This document shows positions 30,815-41,553 of a stretch of DNA of 64,000 nt, piece by piece. Position numbers and translations under genes: made by a program. Source of the DNA: Paramoeba atlantica (lineage: Eukaryota > Protista > Discosea); NCBI GenBank assembly GCA_977017575.1, contig CDRNVI010000041.1:186001-250000 (forward strand). Reading direction: 5' to 3'. Within the stretch, counting starts at the first letter, position 1. Every line of letters starts with the position of its first letter. The notes beneath the pieces were generated by a model. That model was not told where the DNA came from. It did not search any database and was given only the letters and a program-made list of their open reading frames with translations.

Positions 30815-32893
30815 ATGCTGCAGGATATTTTAGAGGACGCAGGTTTACACGATTTTCACGACTTATTTCTCCAACGTGGAGTAGACGAAGACAATATCAC
30901 ACAACTCACCATGCAGGATTACCCCATGGTTGGGGTGACATCTGTGACGGACCGACGCAAGCTTTTTGACACGATTCAAAATTTGAAGCGTAAAAGAAAG
31001 CATCACACTGCATCTGGCGTACCGGATAATTCTTCAAATGAATATTTCGTTAGTGCAGAAAAAAAAACTGACTTCAGAGACATCCAAGAGACACCCCGAA
31101 ACAGTGAAGCCATTCAAAGTTCTCCGAGTCCGTTTCGTCATCCCAATAAGACGATTTCGGAAGATAGCGTATCTACCATGATGTCGAATGCATGTAGTTC
31201 AGAACGTGCCATACCTCAAAAGCGTCGGAGCCGAATTACGGTGGCCATACGTAAGCGACCGCTGAGTACTGAAGAACGAATGACCGGTCACGAGGATATT
31301 ATTTTCACGGAAAACGACACTTCTCTTACTCTCGTGGAGACGAAACACCGAGTCGACATGAGCAAATACTTGGATCGCCATCACTTTAACTTTGATGAAG
31401 TGATCTGCGAGGACGTCGATAATGCGGAAGTTTATCGAAAGACTGCACGACCTCTGGTAGAAACCGTCATGTCAGGGGGACATGCAACTTGCTTCGCATA
31501 CGGTCAAACAGGAAGTGGAAAAACACACACTATGCTGGGGAAAGGTGAGGATCACGGTATCTATTTTCAGGCCGCACGAGATATTTGGTCACAACTTGGC
31601 AGCACGTTATATGTGACGTCTAGCTTTTTTGAGATATACTCTGGCAAGTTATACGATCTTCTGAACGAACGTAAAGCACTCCACTGCCGAGAAGACGGAA
31701 AAGGGGTGGTTAACATTGTAGGTCTTTCTGAGCACCGAATCGACAGCCCGGAACAACTTATGGAAGTTGTGGCGTATGGTAACTGCACTCGCGCATCTGG
31801 CACAACAGGAATGAACGCAGACTCTTCACGTAGTCACGCAATATTGAGAATAAACTTACGACAGGATGACTCTGACGTATTCGGACGCTTTTCCTTCATA
31901 GATTTGGCCGGAAGCGAACGCGGAGCTGATACCTTGGATTCCGACAGACAGACACGAATGGAAGGATCGGAGATCAACCGATCATTGCTTGCCCTGAAGG
32001 AGTGCATCCGGTCACTCGACCAAGGGCATCGGCATGTGCCTTTTAGGGGATCTAAGCTTACCGCCGTTTTGAGAGACTCTTTTGCTGGAAACTCTCGTAC
32101 AGTGATGATCGGCAATGTTAGCCCCGCATCATCTAGCTCGGAGCATACATTAAATACACTAAGGTATGCTGATCGAGTGAAGGAATTGAGGAAGATCGGA
32201 TCAGAGCCGACTGGAGAATGCATGGTTGGGCAAGTACCCACGGAAGTCATTCAATCCGAGCGATACGAACCACGGACACGTCCAACTGTAGGACATAGAC
32301 CACCATTAACATCGCGCGGTTTCGAAGAGGGATTACGTTCTTCTCGTCCCAAAGGAAGTCCTTATTCCAACACACGCCAAGAGCCTCGTCAGAGGCTTTC
32401 CTGTAAATCTAGACTGAGTATTCATGGAGAGCAACTTCGAACCACACGATCTACCGTTTCTCAGAATAGGCGCAATTCACTTCTCACAGTTCGGGATCCC
32501 CCCACTTCTTCACATAGAAACACTGTTAATAGTTTTCACTTCGATGAACCTTCACTCGAAAATTCTCCACGCCCCCGAGATAGCACGTGTTCTGCATTGT
32601 CAGAATGTTCGCGTCGTGATTCTTCACAACGCTACAGTATTTCAAGCGATCAAGAAGGATTGGTCTTATCACATCGCCACTATATCGATGAAATGCTGGA
32701 GCGGACCAAAGCAGAAATGGGTCACCTTGCTGCCTTAGAACAGAAACAATGCTCTTTTCATCACTACGTCGATGCACTTGATGCCCTTTTGCTAGAGCAT
32801 ACAACGCGTACGGTAGCTTTAAGAGAGGGCATAGCTCAATTCCGGCAAAATAACGAGTTTCGAGCGTCATCTCCTCATGCTCTTTTCAGTTAG
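30815..32893 (+). CDS. Kinesin-13 with N-terminal SAM domain
   Basis: SAM helices; RITVAIRKRPL, FAYGQTGSGKT, FFEIY, SSRSHA, FIDLAGSERGAD and HVPFRGSKLT. Confidence 0.93.
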   Translation: MLQDILEDAGLHDFHDLFLQRGVDEDNITQLTMQDYPMVGVTSVTDRRKLFDTIQNLKRKRKHHTASGVPDNSSNEYFVSAEKKTDFRDIQETPRNSEAIQSSPSPFRHPNKTISEDSVSTMMSNACSSERAIPQKRRSRITVAIRKRPLSTEERMTGHEDIIFTENDTSLTLVETKHRVDMSKYLDRHHFNFDEVICEDVDNAEVYRKTARPLVETVMSGGHATCFAYGQTGSGKTHTMLGKGEDHGIYFQAARDIWSQLGSTLYVTSSFFEIYSGKLYDLLNERKALHCREDGKGVVNIVGLSEHRIDSPEQLMEVVAYGNCTRASGTTGMNADSSRSHAILRINLRQDDSDVFGRFSFIDLAGSERGADTLDSDRQTRMEGSEINRSLLALKECIRSLDQGHRHVPFRGSKLTAVLRDSFAGNSRTVMIGNVSPASSSSEHTLNTLRYADRVKELRKIGSEPTGECMVGQVPTEVIQSERYEPRTRPTVGHRPPLTSRGFEEGLRSSRPKGSPYSNTRQEPRQRLSCKSRLSIHGEQLRTTRSTVSQNRRNSLLTVRDPPTSSHRNTVNSFHFDEPSLENSPRPRDSTCSALSECSRRDSSQRYSISSDQEGLVLSHRHYIDEMLERTKAEMGHLAALEQKQCSFHHYVDALDALLLEHTTRTVALREGIAQFRQNNEFRASSPHALFS

Positions 32894-33062
32894 AGATAAA
32901 GTTGATAACTTCATAACCTTATCACATTTTATTTTTATTTCTCACTTTCCCTCGCTTCTACTTTCAATGTTTTATCAAAGGGAACGACCTTGATAATCGG
33001 ATTTTTGACGATCTTTTTCGTGAGTGCGGCTATCTAAACCCTCTAATTTCATAAATATTGCG

Positions 33063-33084
33063 CTTCTTTTTATTTCCTTCTGAG
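33063..33084 (+). promoter_or_regulatory. Probable trans-splice acceptor (pyrimidine tract plus AG) for ATP synthase alpha
   Basis: CTTCTTTTTATTTCCTTCTGAG ends 5 nt before the ATG. Similar tracts precede other genes (e.g. 15040-15070, 27360-27392). Confidence 0.55.
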
Positions 33085-33089
33085 TTTCT

Positions 33090-34817
33090 ATGCGACGTTT
33101 CTCACTTCCGTTTTTTCGCGCGCCTTTTTCCCTGGCGTTTCCCATACGACGTCTGACGAATCCCTCGGTGGCACGTGCAGCCGGTAAGGCGGTGACCTCC
33201 AGTGAGTTAATCGGACATATTCATAGCATTGACGGCACCATTGCCACGGTTCTTCCCTCTCCGGGAAGCTCGGAGGTGGCGTACAACACCATTATTGAGA
33301 TCCACGTACGGGCGAATCTTGCCGCATCGGGTCTTGTGTTCAACTTGGAGAAGGATGGACGTGTGGGTATTATTCTCATGGATAACATTCACGAGGTCAA
33401 GTCCGGGCAGAAAGTAACCGCCAGTGGTGAGCTTCTCTCCATCCCCTGTGGGTTCAGTGTGCTTGGGAAAGTAGTCAACCCGCTAGGTCATGAGATTCCC
33501 ACGGGAAATGAGGACGACGCAACGGTGTCCTTTGCGGGCGACAAGGAAATGGGTCGTGTGGATACCAATGCGCCGAATATTGTATCGCGTTCTCCTGTGA
33601 ACTACAACCTCCTTACAGGCTTTAAGAGCGTAGACACGCTTATTCCGGTAGGTCGAGGCCAGCGAGAGCTCATCGTGGGGGATCGTCAGACCGGAAAGAC
33701 CTCTTTGGCAGTGAGCACGATTATCAATCAGGTCCGCGTGAATCGTCAGATTCTGTCCAAGAACGCTGTGTTGTCCATCTACGTCTCCGTCGGCCAGCGT
33801 TGCTCCAATGTGGCTCGTATCCACCGGCTCCTCAGCAGCTACGGTGCTCTGCGCTACACCACTATCATGGCTGCCACCGCTGCCGAGCCGGCGGGTCTGC
33901 AGTTCCTTGCGCCTTACAGTGGGGTCACGATGGGGGAATACTTCATGCATCGTGGACGGCACTGTCTGGTCGTTTACGACGACCTCTCGAAGCAGGCTGT
34001 GGCATACCGCCAGCTCTCCCTGTTGCTGCGACGACCTCCTGGACGTGAGGCGTACCCCGGAGATGTGTTTTATCTCCACTCCCGGTTGCTGGAGCGTGCG
34101 GCGATGTTGTCCCCCGGGAAAGGAGGAGGCTCGCTGACGGCGCTGCCTGTAGTGGAGACATTGTCCAACGACGTCACGGCGTACATTGTGACCAATGTGA
34201 TTTCTATCACGGACGGTCAGATCTATCTTGATACGAAGTTGTTCACCGGGGGACAACGTCCCGCTGTGAACATTGGGCTCTCTGTCTCCCGGGTAGGTTC
34301 CAATGCTCAAAATGTGGCGATGAAAAAGATTGCAGGTGATCTGAAGAAGATATTGGCTGAGTACCGAAAACTTGCTAGCGATTCCGTTGGAGGACAGCAG
34401 GTGATGACGATCCCCATGATTCGTGGTGCGCGCTTTGTGGCGTTGTTCAATCAGAAGGGGCCGTCCTATTTTATGCATGCTTTAGTGTCTCTTTATGCAT
34501 GTCTTCACGGGTACATGGATGATGTAAAGTTGCAGTACGTGAAATTCTATGAGTATCTACTTGTGAACAAAGACTTGGGCATACTCTACGGGGCAGCTAA
34601 AAACAGATTCTTCTACATGTATCTAAATGACCTCAATTACATTATTCGAATACTGACACTGAATTCCCCAGTCCTTCAAAATGAGTTAAACGCCATGCTA
34701 AAAACGCATACGTCGATCTTTCTGCAGCACTACCAATCCCGCATGAACAGCATGAAATCGGAAAAGGAACAAATCGCACTCAAAAACCTGTTGTACAGTT
34801 GCAAACGAGCCGTGTAA
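33090..34817 (+). CDS. ATP1: Mitochondrial F1-ATP synthase alpha subunit, kinetoplastid type
   Basis: GDRQTGKT, RRPPGREAYPGDVFYLHSRLLERAA, the trypanosomatid-like C-terminus ..LKNLLYSCKRAV, and an Arg-rich presequence. Confidence 0.97.
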   Translation: MRRFSLPFFRAPFSLAFPIRRLTNPSVARAAGKAVTSSELIGHIHSIDGTIATVLPSPGSSEVAYNTIIEIHVRANLAASGLVFNLEKDGRVGIILMDNIHEVKSGQKVTASGELLSIPCGFSVLGKVVNPLGHEIPTGNEDDATVSFAGDKEMGRVDTNAPNIVSRSPVNYNLLTGFKSVDTLIPVGRGQRELIVGDRQTGKTSLAVSTIINQVRVNRQILSKNAVLSIYVSVGQRCSNVARIHRLLSSYGALRYTTIMAATAAEPAGLQFLAPYSGVTMGEYFMHRGRHCLVVYDDLSKQAVAYRQLSLLLRRPPGREAYPGDVFYLHSRLLERAAMLSPGKGGGSLTALPVVETLSNDVTAYIVTNVISITDGQIYLDTKLFTGGQRPAVNIGLSVSRVGSNAQNVAMKKIAGDLKKILAEYRKLASDSVGGQQVMTIPMIRGARFVALFNQKGPSYFMHALVSLYACLHGYMDDVKLQYVKFYEYLLVNKDLGILYGAAKNRFFYMYLNDLNYIIRILTLNSPVLQNELNAMLKTHTSIFLQHYQSRMNSMKSEKEQIALKNLLYSCKRAV

Positions 34818-35223
34818 GGGAAAAAATAGAGTTCGTACATATTAGGATACAGACTGAAGCACATTGTATAATCATACGAAATGGATATTAAAATGTATTA
34901 AGTGAAGTATCATACAAAAATACTACAATTCTCTTGTACGAAAGTTTTTGTAGGGAACATTCCAATTACCGATAACAAATTATTGCACTAGTAAGTGATT
35001 CGATGATATTTGTTTTTTAGAACCTCATAGTTACATGCTCAATGAAAAGATTGAAAAAGAAAAACAGGCAAAGGGATTCATCGTCCGACACTTTCCGATA
35101 TTTAAAAGCCCCATCATCGCAATAGTTATAAGAATGTTCTGATTTCTGCTTTTTTAGGTAAAAATCCTCTAGCTTTACTCTCTTGAAATTTAAACTTTCT
35201 TTTAAGTATCTCTGTATAAATAT

Positions 35224-35520
35224 ATGGCGGATCCGTTTATTCGTCCTGGACAGCCTCATTCGCATCACACTGCTCATCTCATACACAAAGTCAGCGGCAC
35301 TGGCCATCCCGACACTACCGCACAAGAACTTGCTTGTCAGCATCAACGAGATCAGCTGTCGCACCTGCTGCTTTTTCTTCCCTCTACAATGTACATAGCA
35401 ACCTCAACGAATACGAATACCGAACGCGTGAGATGTCAATTACTGGAGCGTTTGCATGAACCATATTTCGCGACGGAGGAGGAACCTGTGTTTCGAGTTA
35501 GCGAGGCATTTAGTCAATGA
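35224..35520 (+). CDS. Small hypothetical protein
   Basis: 98-codon ATG ORF in cluster orientation within a GC-richer patch; no family recognised. Confidence 0.35.
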   Translation: MADPFIRPGQPHSHHTAHLIHKVSGTGHPDTTAQELACQHQRDQLSHLLLFLPSTMYIATSTNTNTERVRCQLLERLHEPYFATEEEPVFRVSEAFSQ

Positions 35521-35759
35521 CCTTATACCGTAAGATGACCGGCCCGCGACAATGGAGTAAGCTCATTAGTTTTCTTCTTAATATGTAACTTGGGTTATTT
35601 GTACCGCAAGCAATCTGCTCGGAGATATGACCTTGTATTTCGTAAAATTGTATCCTTACAAACACGCTTTTTTTGACCCACCGACATGTAAGCCTCTTCC
35701 TATGTAATTTCTCTAGAACCATATTATTATGGAAAATTGTCAATTCTCCTGTTCATAGC

Positions 35760-36878
35760 ATGACTTTGCAGCGCGGAAGCCTCAAACGCATACTACATGA
35801 TTCACGGTTATGGTGTACTTTTCAAAGACACAAATGCTCTCACGTGGAGAGGTCAGCTTTTACGGGAACATGCGTTCCAATTACATACTATTTTCTAAGG
35901 CACGAAAATACCTATAGAGTTATGCCTAACTTACCTTGCCCATTTCGCAACGACATTTTGCGGCGCTCCGTTACTTTTGACTTTGATAAGGAAGTAGAAG
36001 AACACGTGTCACTTGGGTCAGGTCCAGGTGGAGGTGCGCGAAATAAATGCAAAAATGCAGTAACCCTTCATCACCTCAATACTGGCATTCGAGTGCGATG
36101 CAGTAAGTTTAGGTCTCTACATGAAAATAGAAAGATGGCGTTGTGGAATTTACAAAAGCAATTGGAGGACTTTCTTCTCGGCGCACATGGACCCACAGAA
36201 CGCAAGCATCGTGCCAATAATATACCGAGAAGTCTGGAAGCCAGACATATAGAACACCAAAAGGTACAGAAATATTGCCTCGCAGAATTTTTTGGAGGAA
36301 TTTCTACGCAGAACGGCTCAGCAATAAAACAAACCATACATAAAGTTTTTTTGATGCAGGTTCGCGCGAATGTGTGGAGCTGGCTCGTAAATCATCCGGA
36401 ACCATTTTCTCTTATCTCACGGATCCTTCCTCTTCCAGGGATGCCTACATCTAAGGATTTGATCACACTCGAAGACTACTACGAAATCTTTGAAAATCCT
36501 TTGAGTCGAAAGGCATACCACAGAGTTCTCCAAACACTTCTTGAGGTATACGATATATCGTTCACATCGTCCACAGGAGAAGCAGTGGATAACTATGCAA
36601 GCGAATCCAATGATTCTGACTCAAAAGAAAATTTCTCGCAAACCGCACGGGATAGATCAAAGCATCTTAGATGCTACAACGATCCTCGTTTGGCAAAGCA
36701 TGCATTAGTGTTGAAGCGACAGGAGAATAAATTACTGTGGAATACACTCACATCTCGACTACTTTGTTCTTTCTCCATTGCTCCCGTTTTAAATTACGAC
36801 ATGATAGTAAAAGAATTAGTTGCTTATTTACTCGATTATCTGCCACAAGATCATACACATTCTCTATCAAATTTTTAA
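35760..36878 (+). CDS. RF-1/peptidyl-tRNA hydrolase domain protein (C12orf65/ICT1-like), GGQ replaced by GGG
   Basis: EEHVSLGSGPGGGARNKCKNAVTLHHLNTGIRVRCSKFRSLHENRKMA; presequence-like N-terminus. Confidence 0.8.
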   Translation: MTLQRGSLKRILHDSRLWCTFQRHKCSHVERSAFTGTCVPITYYFLRHENTYRVMPNLPCPFRNDILRRSVTFDFDKEVEEHVSLGSGPGGGARNKCKNAVTLHHLNTGIRVRCSKFRSLHENRKMALWNLQKQLEDFLLGAHGPTERKHRANNIPRSLEARHIEHQKVQKYCLAEFFGGISTQNGSAIKQTIHKVFLMQVRANVWSWLVNHPEPFSLISRILPLPGMPTSKDLITLEDYYEIFENPLSRKAYHRVLQTLLEVYDISFTSSTGEAVDNYASESNDSDSKENFSQTARDRSKHLRCYNDPRLAKHALVLKRQENKLLWNTLTSRLLCSFSIAPVLNYDMIVKELVAYLLDYLPQDHTHSLSNF

Positions 36879-37237
36879 GGCTTTTTGATATTGAGACCTT
36901 GATTTTACTCAGTACATGGCATTGTAATCTCGCTCACATTTACTAATTGTGTCGGTCACGATGATACTATTTGTTTATAGGCAAGCAGGTCCACATAAAA
37001 GATTCGGTACTGAAAGACCATCGTGGTAGTCATACTATGACTGCCTTGTAATTTCTTTATGAAATTATTGACAATAAAGAAATTTTCTTTGTTCTGTCAA
37101 TCAAGATGGCTGTGTATATACGCGCATGCTTTTATCTATTTTTATCTGTTCGTTCGTAATCACATTAGTTTGGCGAAAAGTTTTCAACTGTGTTTTTAGT
37201 GTAGTTTTTCAACCTGTGTTCTCTGTACGTATGATCT

Positions 37238-37675
37238 ATGTATGAGAGCAACGTACCACCGAATTGTTGTCTCAGCATGATGTCGTTCTTCAAAATGGTC
37301 CTAAGTGCTACGTTTTTTCTTCTTCTAGGTGCGTATTCATTTCCTGGTCCTGTGAATAGGGGGTGTAATTTGTTGTGCACGCTGGTGCAAGATAACGATA
37401 TTGAGAATGAAAATTCTGTTGTAGAGGAAGAAAGCAAGTGTGAATCAATTGATGATATTTCCTATTATGAAGATGGACGTTTACGTGACTTAAAAAATTC
37501 TTCTGAGACTCTTATCGTCACCGATTCTACTTCAGCAAATTACGACGAAGATTGGCCACAGGAACCTGCTCAGCAAAGTATGGGCGTTACACCTCATGAT
37601 CGCAGCTGTAGTGATTCCAAAGCGAACATTGGGAGGATACATCCTGGATTTGTCTCTTCTTTTGATCATTTTTGA
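37238..37675 (+). CDS. Hypothetical protein with hydrophobic N-segment and acidic body
   Basis: 145-codon ORF in cluster orientation. Confidence 0.4.
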   Translation: MYESNVPPNCCLSMMSFFKMVLSATFFLLLGAYSFPGPVNRGCNLLCTLVQDNDIENENSVVEEESKCESIDDISYYEDGRLRDLKNSSETLIVTDSTSANYDEDWPQEPAQQSMGVTPHDRSCSDSKANIGRIHPGFVSSFDHF

Positions 37676-37995
37676 CACAGCTCACATTTAGATGTACAAC
37701 ATACATTTACATGTACATGTATGTTATTCCTTCATCCTTTTTGTGCGCAAGTTAACCTGTACTATTTTCTACTTTCTCTTCGAAATGATTAGTGCTCACT
37801 TCAGTAGTAATACTCTTATTTTAGTGTAGATTTTTCTAATGTTATCTTAAATAATTCTCATCTCGTTCTGTATTCTAGAAAAATAGTATAAAAAATCTAT
37901 TTTTGCTTTACCAAACATTATGAAGTCGCTTTTCTGAGAATCAAGTCTCCACACAATCTGGTTTTCCTCAAACTTCGAAACTAAGGAATCTGACT

Positions 37996-39096
37996 ATGAT
38001 ACCAACGAGGTCGTATGAGCAGGTTGTGTCCGAGGCGCGGAATAATCTGAACTGCTTCATAGATACCTTACACTGCACAAATAAAGGCCTTACGTTAGAT
38101 GAGACATTCATAGCTGATGTTCTGAAATGTGACATTAGAAGACTAAGAGAAACACGGACACAAAGTAGTCGTTTTTGCTGTAATAGTTACACTTCAAAAT
38201 CTTTCCTTCATACCATGACGCAAGAAGCGCACAATGCCGGTATTCTGCTCCATGAAGGAATTGCGCTGGATACTGACCGATTCGGTGGCATTGGTTGGTT
38301 CAATGTTGGAAAACAAATTGTGCACCCCGGAAAACCCATCTGTTCCTTTCCTTTATCTCTCTCAATTAAACCTTCATGTAAACGTTCAACCCTTAGGATT
38401 AGGGGAAGTTTCGATTTTTCATGCCGCCTTGCGCGTCTCATTTGTAGTGAAAATTTTACAAGGTTGTCTACATATCGCTCATATTTACAGAGCAGCTGCC
38501 CTGAATACGCAACTTTAAACTTGGACAAGTCTCCTGCAATTAGAAACGGTCCTTATTTGAGTAAAAAGGAATTAAGCAGCTCCGGTGGCTTAAATTTTTT
38601 GAACAGGATTCAGTTCGCCGTTGAAAAAAAAATGGGATACTTTTCTAAAAGCACTTCATTGGATACAAGAAAGTGGGCCTTCAGCACTGCCCTTGGTCGT
38701 AAATTCTCTACCTATATTATACCGTACGCAGACTTTTTTAATCACTGCAGCACTCCAAATGCACACAGCACAATGCCTGCCTCAACTGGAACGCGAGTAG
38801 TTGATGTCATAGAAAATTATATGAATGGAGTTCCGTTATCTAGGCTTAGCGAATCTTACATGCACACATACGCGCTACGCAAAATTTTACCAAGGGAGAT
38901 GATCGAAATTGCTTATAGCGACATGGATCCCTTGGAAACGTCAAATACGCTATACCCATCAAGAGCCAGTGGGCACGACCTATGGTTGCTACAGTGGGGT
39001 TTTCTACCTCCAGAACGAACACGATACTCAATGGACCAGCTTGATCAGGCCACATCTACAATGTCGCAATTACGTATGATGCGCTTCAATTTTTAG
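37996..39096 (+). CDS. SET-domain methyltransferase (SETD3/Rubisco-LSMT-like)
   Basis: GGIGWF, IIPYADFFNHCSTPNA, EIAYSD and LLQWGF. Confidence 0.82.
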   Translation: MIPTRSYEQVVSEARNNLNCFIDTLHCTNKGLTLDETFIADVLKCDIRRLRETRTQSSRFCCNSYTSKSFLHTMTQEAHNAGILLHEGIALDTDRFGGIGWFNVGKQIVHPGKPICSFPLSLSIKPSCKRSTLRIRGSFDFSCRLARLICSENFTRLSTYRSYLQSSCPEYATLNLDKSPAIRNGPYLSKKELSSSGGLNFLNRIQFAVEKKMGYFSKSTSLDTRKWAFSTALGRKFSTYIIPYADFFNHCSTPNAHSTMPASTGTRVVDVIENYMNGVPLSRLSESYMHTYALRKILPREMIEIAYSDMDPLETSNTLYPSRASGHDLWLLQWGFLPPERTRYSMDQLDQATSTMSQLRMMRFNF

Positions 39097-39602
39097 GTGA
39101 CTTGTTTTAGAATTTTAGAATAACTTCATCATAAAATAAATTGCGGTGGTTGTACAACTACCGCTCTACCCTCGATTATTGGAAAAAAAAAGTGAATAAA
39201 AACAGTGAAAATATAAAGAGGAACACAGTAATAAATTTGTTAGACTCTTCGCTAAACGCGGTGGTTGTTTTCAACTTAGAAGTCACTCATGCTGCGCGCT
39301 TCGCGTTGAAAACGCCGCGTTTAACGAAGAGCCTAAAAAAGAAACATCGTCAAAAGATCATAAATAATCTATTTTGGGGGGTAAAAAAGCTCGATTTTTC
39401 GGCGAAAAATGCGAAATTTTAACCCGAATTTGGACAGTTTTTGATGCCTTACCCGTAGGGGCAGGAGGCGAATCTGTCAAAAAAAAAAGACGTCGCAGAA
39501 TGGTAGCTGAGGTCCAAAACTCTTAAAATACATTTTAGGAGTCAATTTCGGAAAAATAATATTCTTACTTTTTGTTTGGTGAAAAAAATGATTTTTTGGT
39601 TA

Positions 39603-40027
39603 CCGTTACCCCCCCGCTTACTTAGCCCCCACTTTTTGGCCCAAGACCCGTACTTTGTGGTGAACTTCATTCCTGCAGCTACGTAGCATTCCTGTAACCG
39701 TTATCATTTCCCCCCGGAACGTTAAACCAGACTGTGGTTTAAAATCCCGGTATGACGGCGTCGTCTTCACCGACGTGTGCACCAAGAACCTTTGTTCATC
39801 GATGTTTGTGCGCCATCTGTGTCCCTCCTTGAAGACCACTGGGCGTGACTCTGCCTCGCCTTACCCCGATGCAACGGTCGGTTGCAGTGCACCCCTCCGG
39901 CTGTGTAAAGAGGTGGTAAGTTGTCTGAGAAAATTCCGACACCCCCCTTACTTCACCACACGTCCAGCGACTAAATGTGGTGAAGGCGACTAAATGTGGG
40001 GGAGGCGAAGTAAAGGGGGGGTAACGG
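39603..40027. mobile_element. 425-bp MITE with TA duplication, inserted into an R2 copy
   Basis: TA|CCGTTACCCCCC...GGGGGGTAACGG|TA with an imperfect TIR of about 30 bp. Flanks rejoin the R2 sequence seen uninterrupted near 5800 and 40875. Confidence 0.8.
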
Positions 40028-41362
40028 TACACCAAAAAATTCGGAAATTTTTAACTTGTCGGACCCCTCCAGCGCGTAGCAGGGGGGTATCCCCAGGTGG
40101 GGGGTGGGGGGGTGGAAAATTATCGCCGCGGCATACACTCTACCACTTCGCCGCGCTCGATTTTGAAAAGCAAAAATTTCGAAAAAAAATCGCGACGCAT
40201 GCCCCCTCCCTGGACCCCCCCTAGACCCCCCCCTGCCCCCCCCCCTGGACCCCCCCCTGCACCCACCCTGGACCCCCCCATGGACCCCCCATTTTTTTGA
40301 ATTTTTTTTTCAGTTTTGGACCATCGGGGCCCCTTTTATATTTTTTTCTTCGACATTTTTTCTTCTGTATTATAAACTTTTTTTCTTCTATTACTGTGTT
40401 CCAGTTTATATTTTCTTTTCAAAAATGGGGTCTGGGGGGGCAGGGGGGGCATACGTCGCGAAACTTTTTTTTGATTTTTTTTCTTTTCAAAGAGTATGCT
40501 GCGGCGATGATTTTCCACCCCCCACATTTGGGGGTGACCCCCCCTGGCACGCGCAGGAGTGGTCCGACAAGTTCGAAATTATTAAAAATTTTGGGATGAC
40601 CCAAAAACAAATTTTTGACCAAAAAAAGTAAAAGTATCATTTTTCCAAAATGGACTCCTAAAACGCATTCTGAGAGTTTGGGAACTCAGCCACCGTTGTA
40701 CGAAGTTTTTTTCAACAGATTCGCCTTCTACCCCTGTTGATTTTCGAAATCGAGCGTAGGGAAGTGGTAGAGTAGGACGCGGCGATGACTTTCCACCCCC
40801 CCACCAGGGGGTAACCCCCCCTGGTACGCGCGGGAGGGGTCCGACAAGGTCAAAAATTCGGAAATTTTTGGGATGACCAAAAAAAGTATTTGACCCGAAA
40901 AAAAGTAAAAATATTATTTTTCGAAAATCGACTCCTAAACCGTATTTGGAGAGTTTGGGACCCCAGCTACCATTCTGCGACGTTTTTTTCGTCAGATTCG
41001 CCTCCTACCCCTTCTGGTAAGGCATCAAAAACGGCCTAAATTCGGGTTAAAATTTCGCATTTTTTGCCGAAAAATCGAGGTTTTCTCCCCAAAAAAATAG
41101 ATTATTTATGATCTTTTCGCGATTTTTCTTTTTAGGCTCTTCGTTAAACGCGGAGGTAGTTTTCAACGCGAAGCGCGCAGCATGAGTGACTTCTAAGTTG
41201 AAAACAACCACCGCGTTTAACGAAGAGCCTAAAAAAGAAAACCGGTGGTCCAAAAAAACAAGAAAACCCGGTGGTCCAAAACTGAAAAAAAATCAAAAAA
41301 ATGGGGTGCCCATGGGGGGGCTTTTTTAAAAAAATGGGGTCGTTTTTTGAATTTTCTCTCAG

Positions 41363-41476
41363 GACCGCTACGGTCAGCTCGTTTTGAACGAGCAGCTGAA
41401 GGGCCGGACTGCAGCTTCCTCCCTCCCCGCTCCTCCGCCGACGAGAAAGGCGGCCACGCGGGCGTGGCAATACCGT
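41363..41476 (+). pseudogene. Fragment of a paralogous VIPER-like gag
   Basis: Translates DRYGQLVLNEQLKGR versus DRYGQLVLDEQLRGR in the gag at about 59718-59762, with mostly synonymous DNA differences. Confidence 0.8.
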
Positions 41477-41553
41477 TTGCATATTTTTCTGTTTTTGAAA
41501 ATTTCTTGATGTGCAAAGTCACGAGGGTATCAAAATTTCTAAAAATGCTGAAA

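Larger units (their letters stand above)
1..39096 (+). other. Kinetoplastid-type directional (polycistronic) gene cluster
   Basis: Every recognisable host gene is intronless and on +, with short AT-rich intergenic regions containing pyrimidine tracts. Kinetoplastid identity comes from the ATP synthase alpha sequence. Confidence 0.85.

Noticed and set aside
33483-34478. 331-aa antisense ORF over ATP synthase alpha (and similar shadows over eIF4E, the carrier and RepHel)
   Set aside because: Expected shadow ORFs of GC-rich or strongly biased coding sequence; no motifs; against cluster orientation.
39618-39839. NIDE motif in the MITE as a transposase first-Asp remnant
   Set aside because: Four-residue match only, with no other supporting motif.
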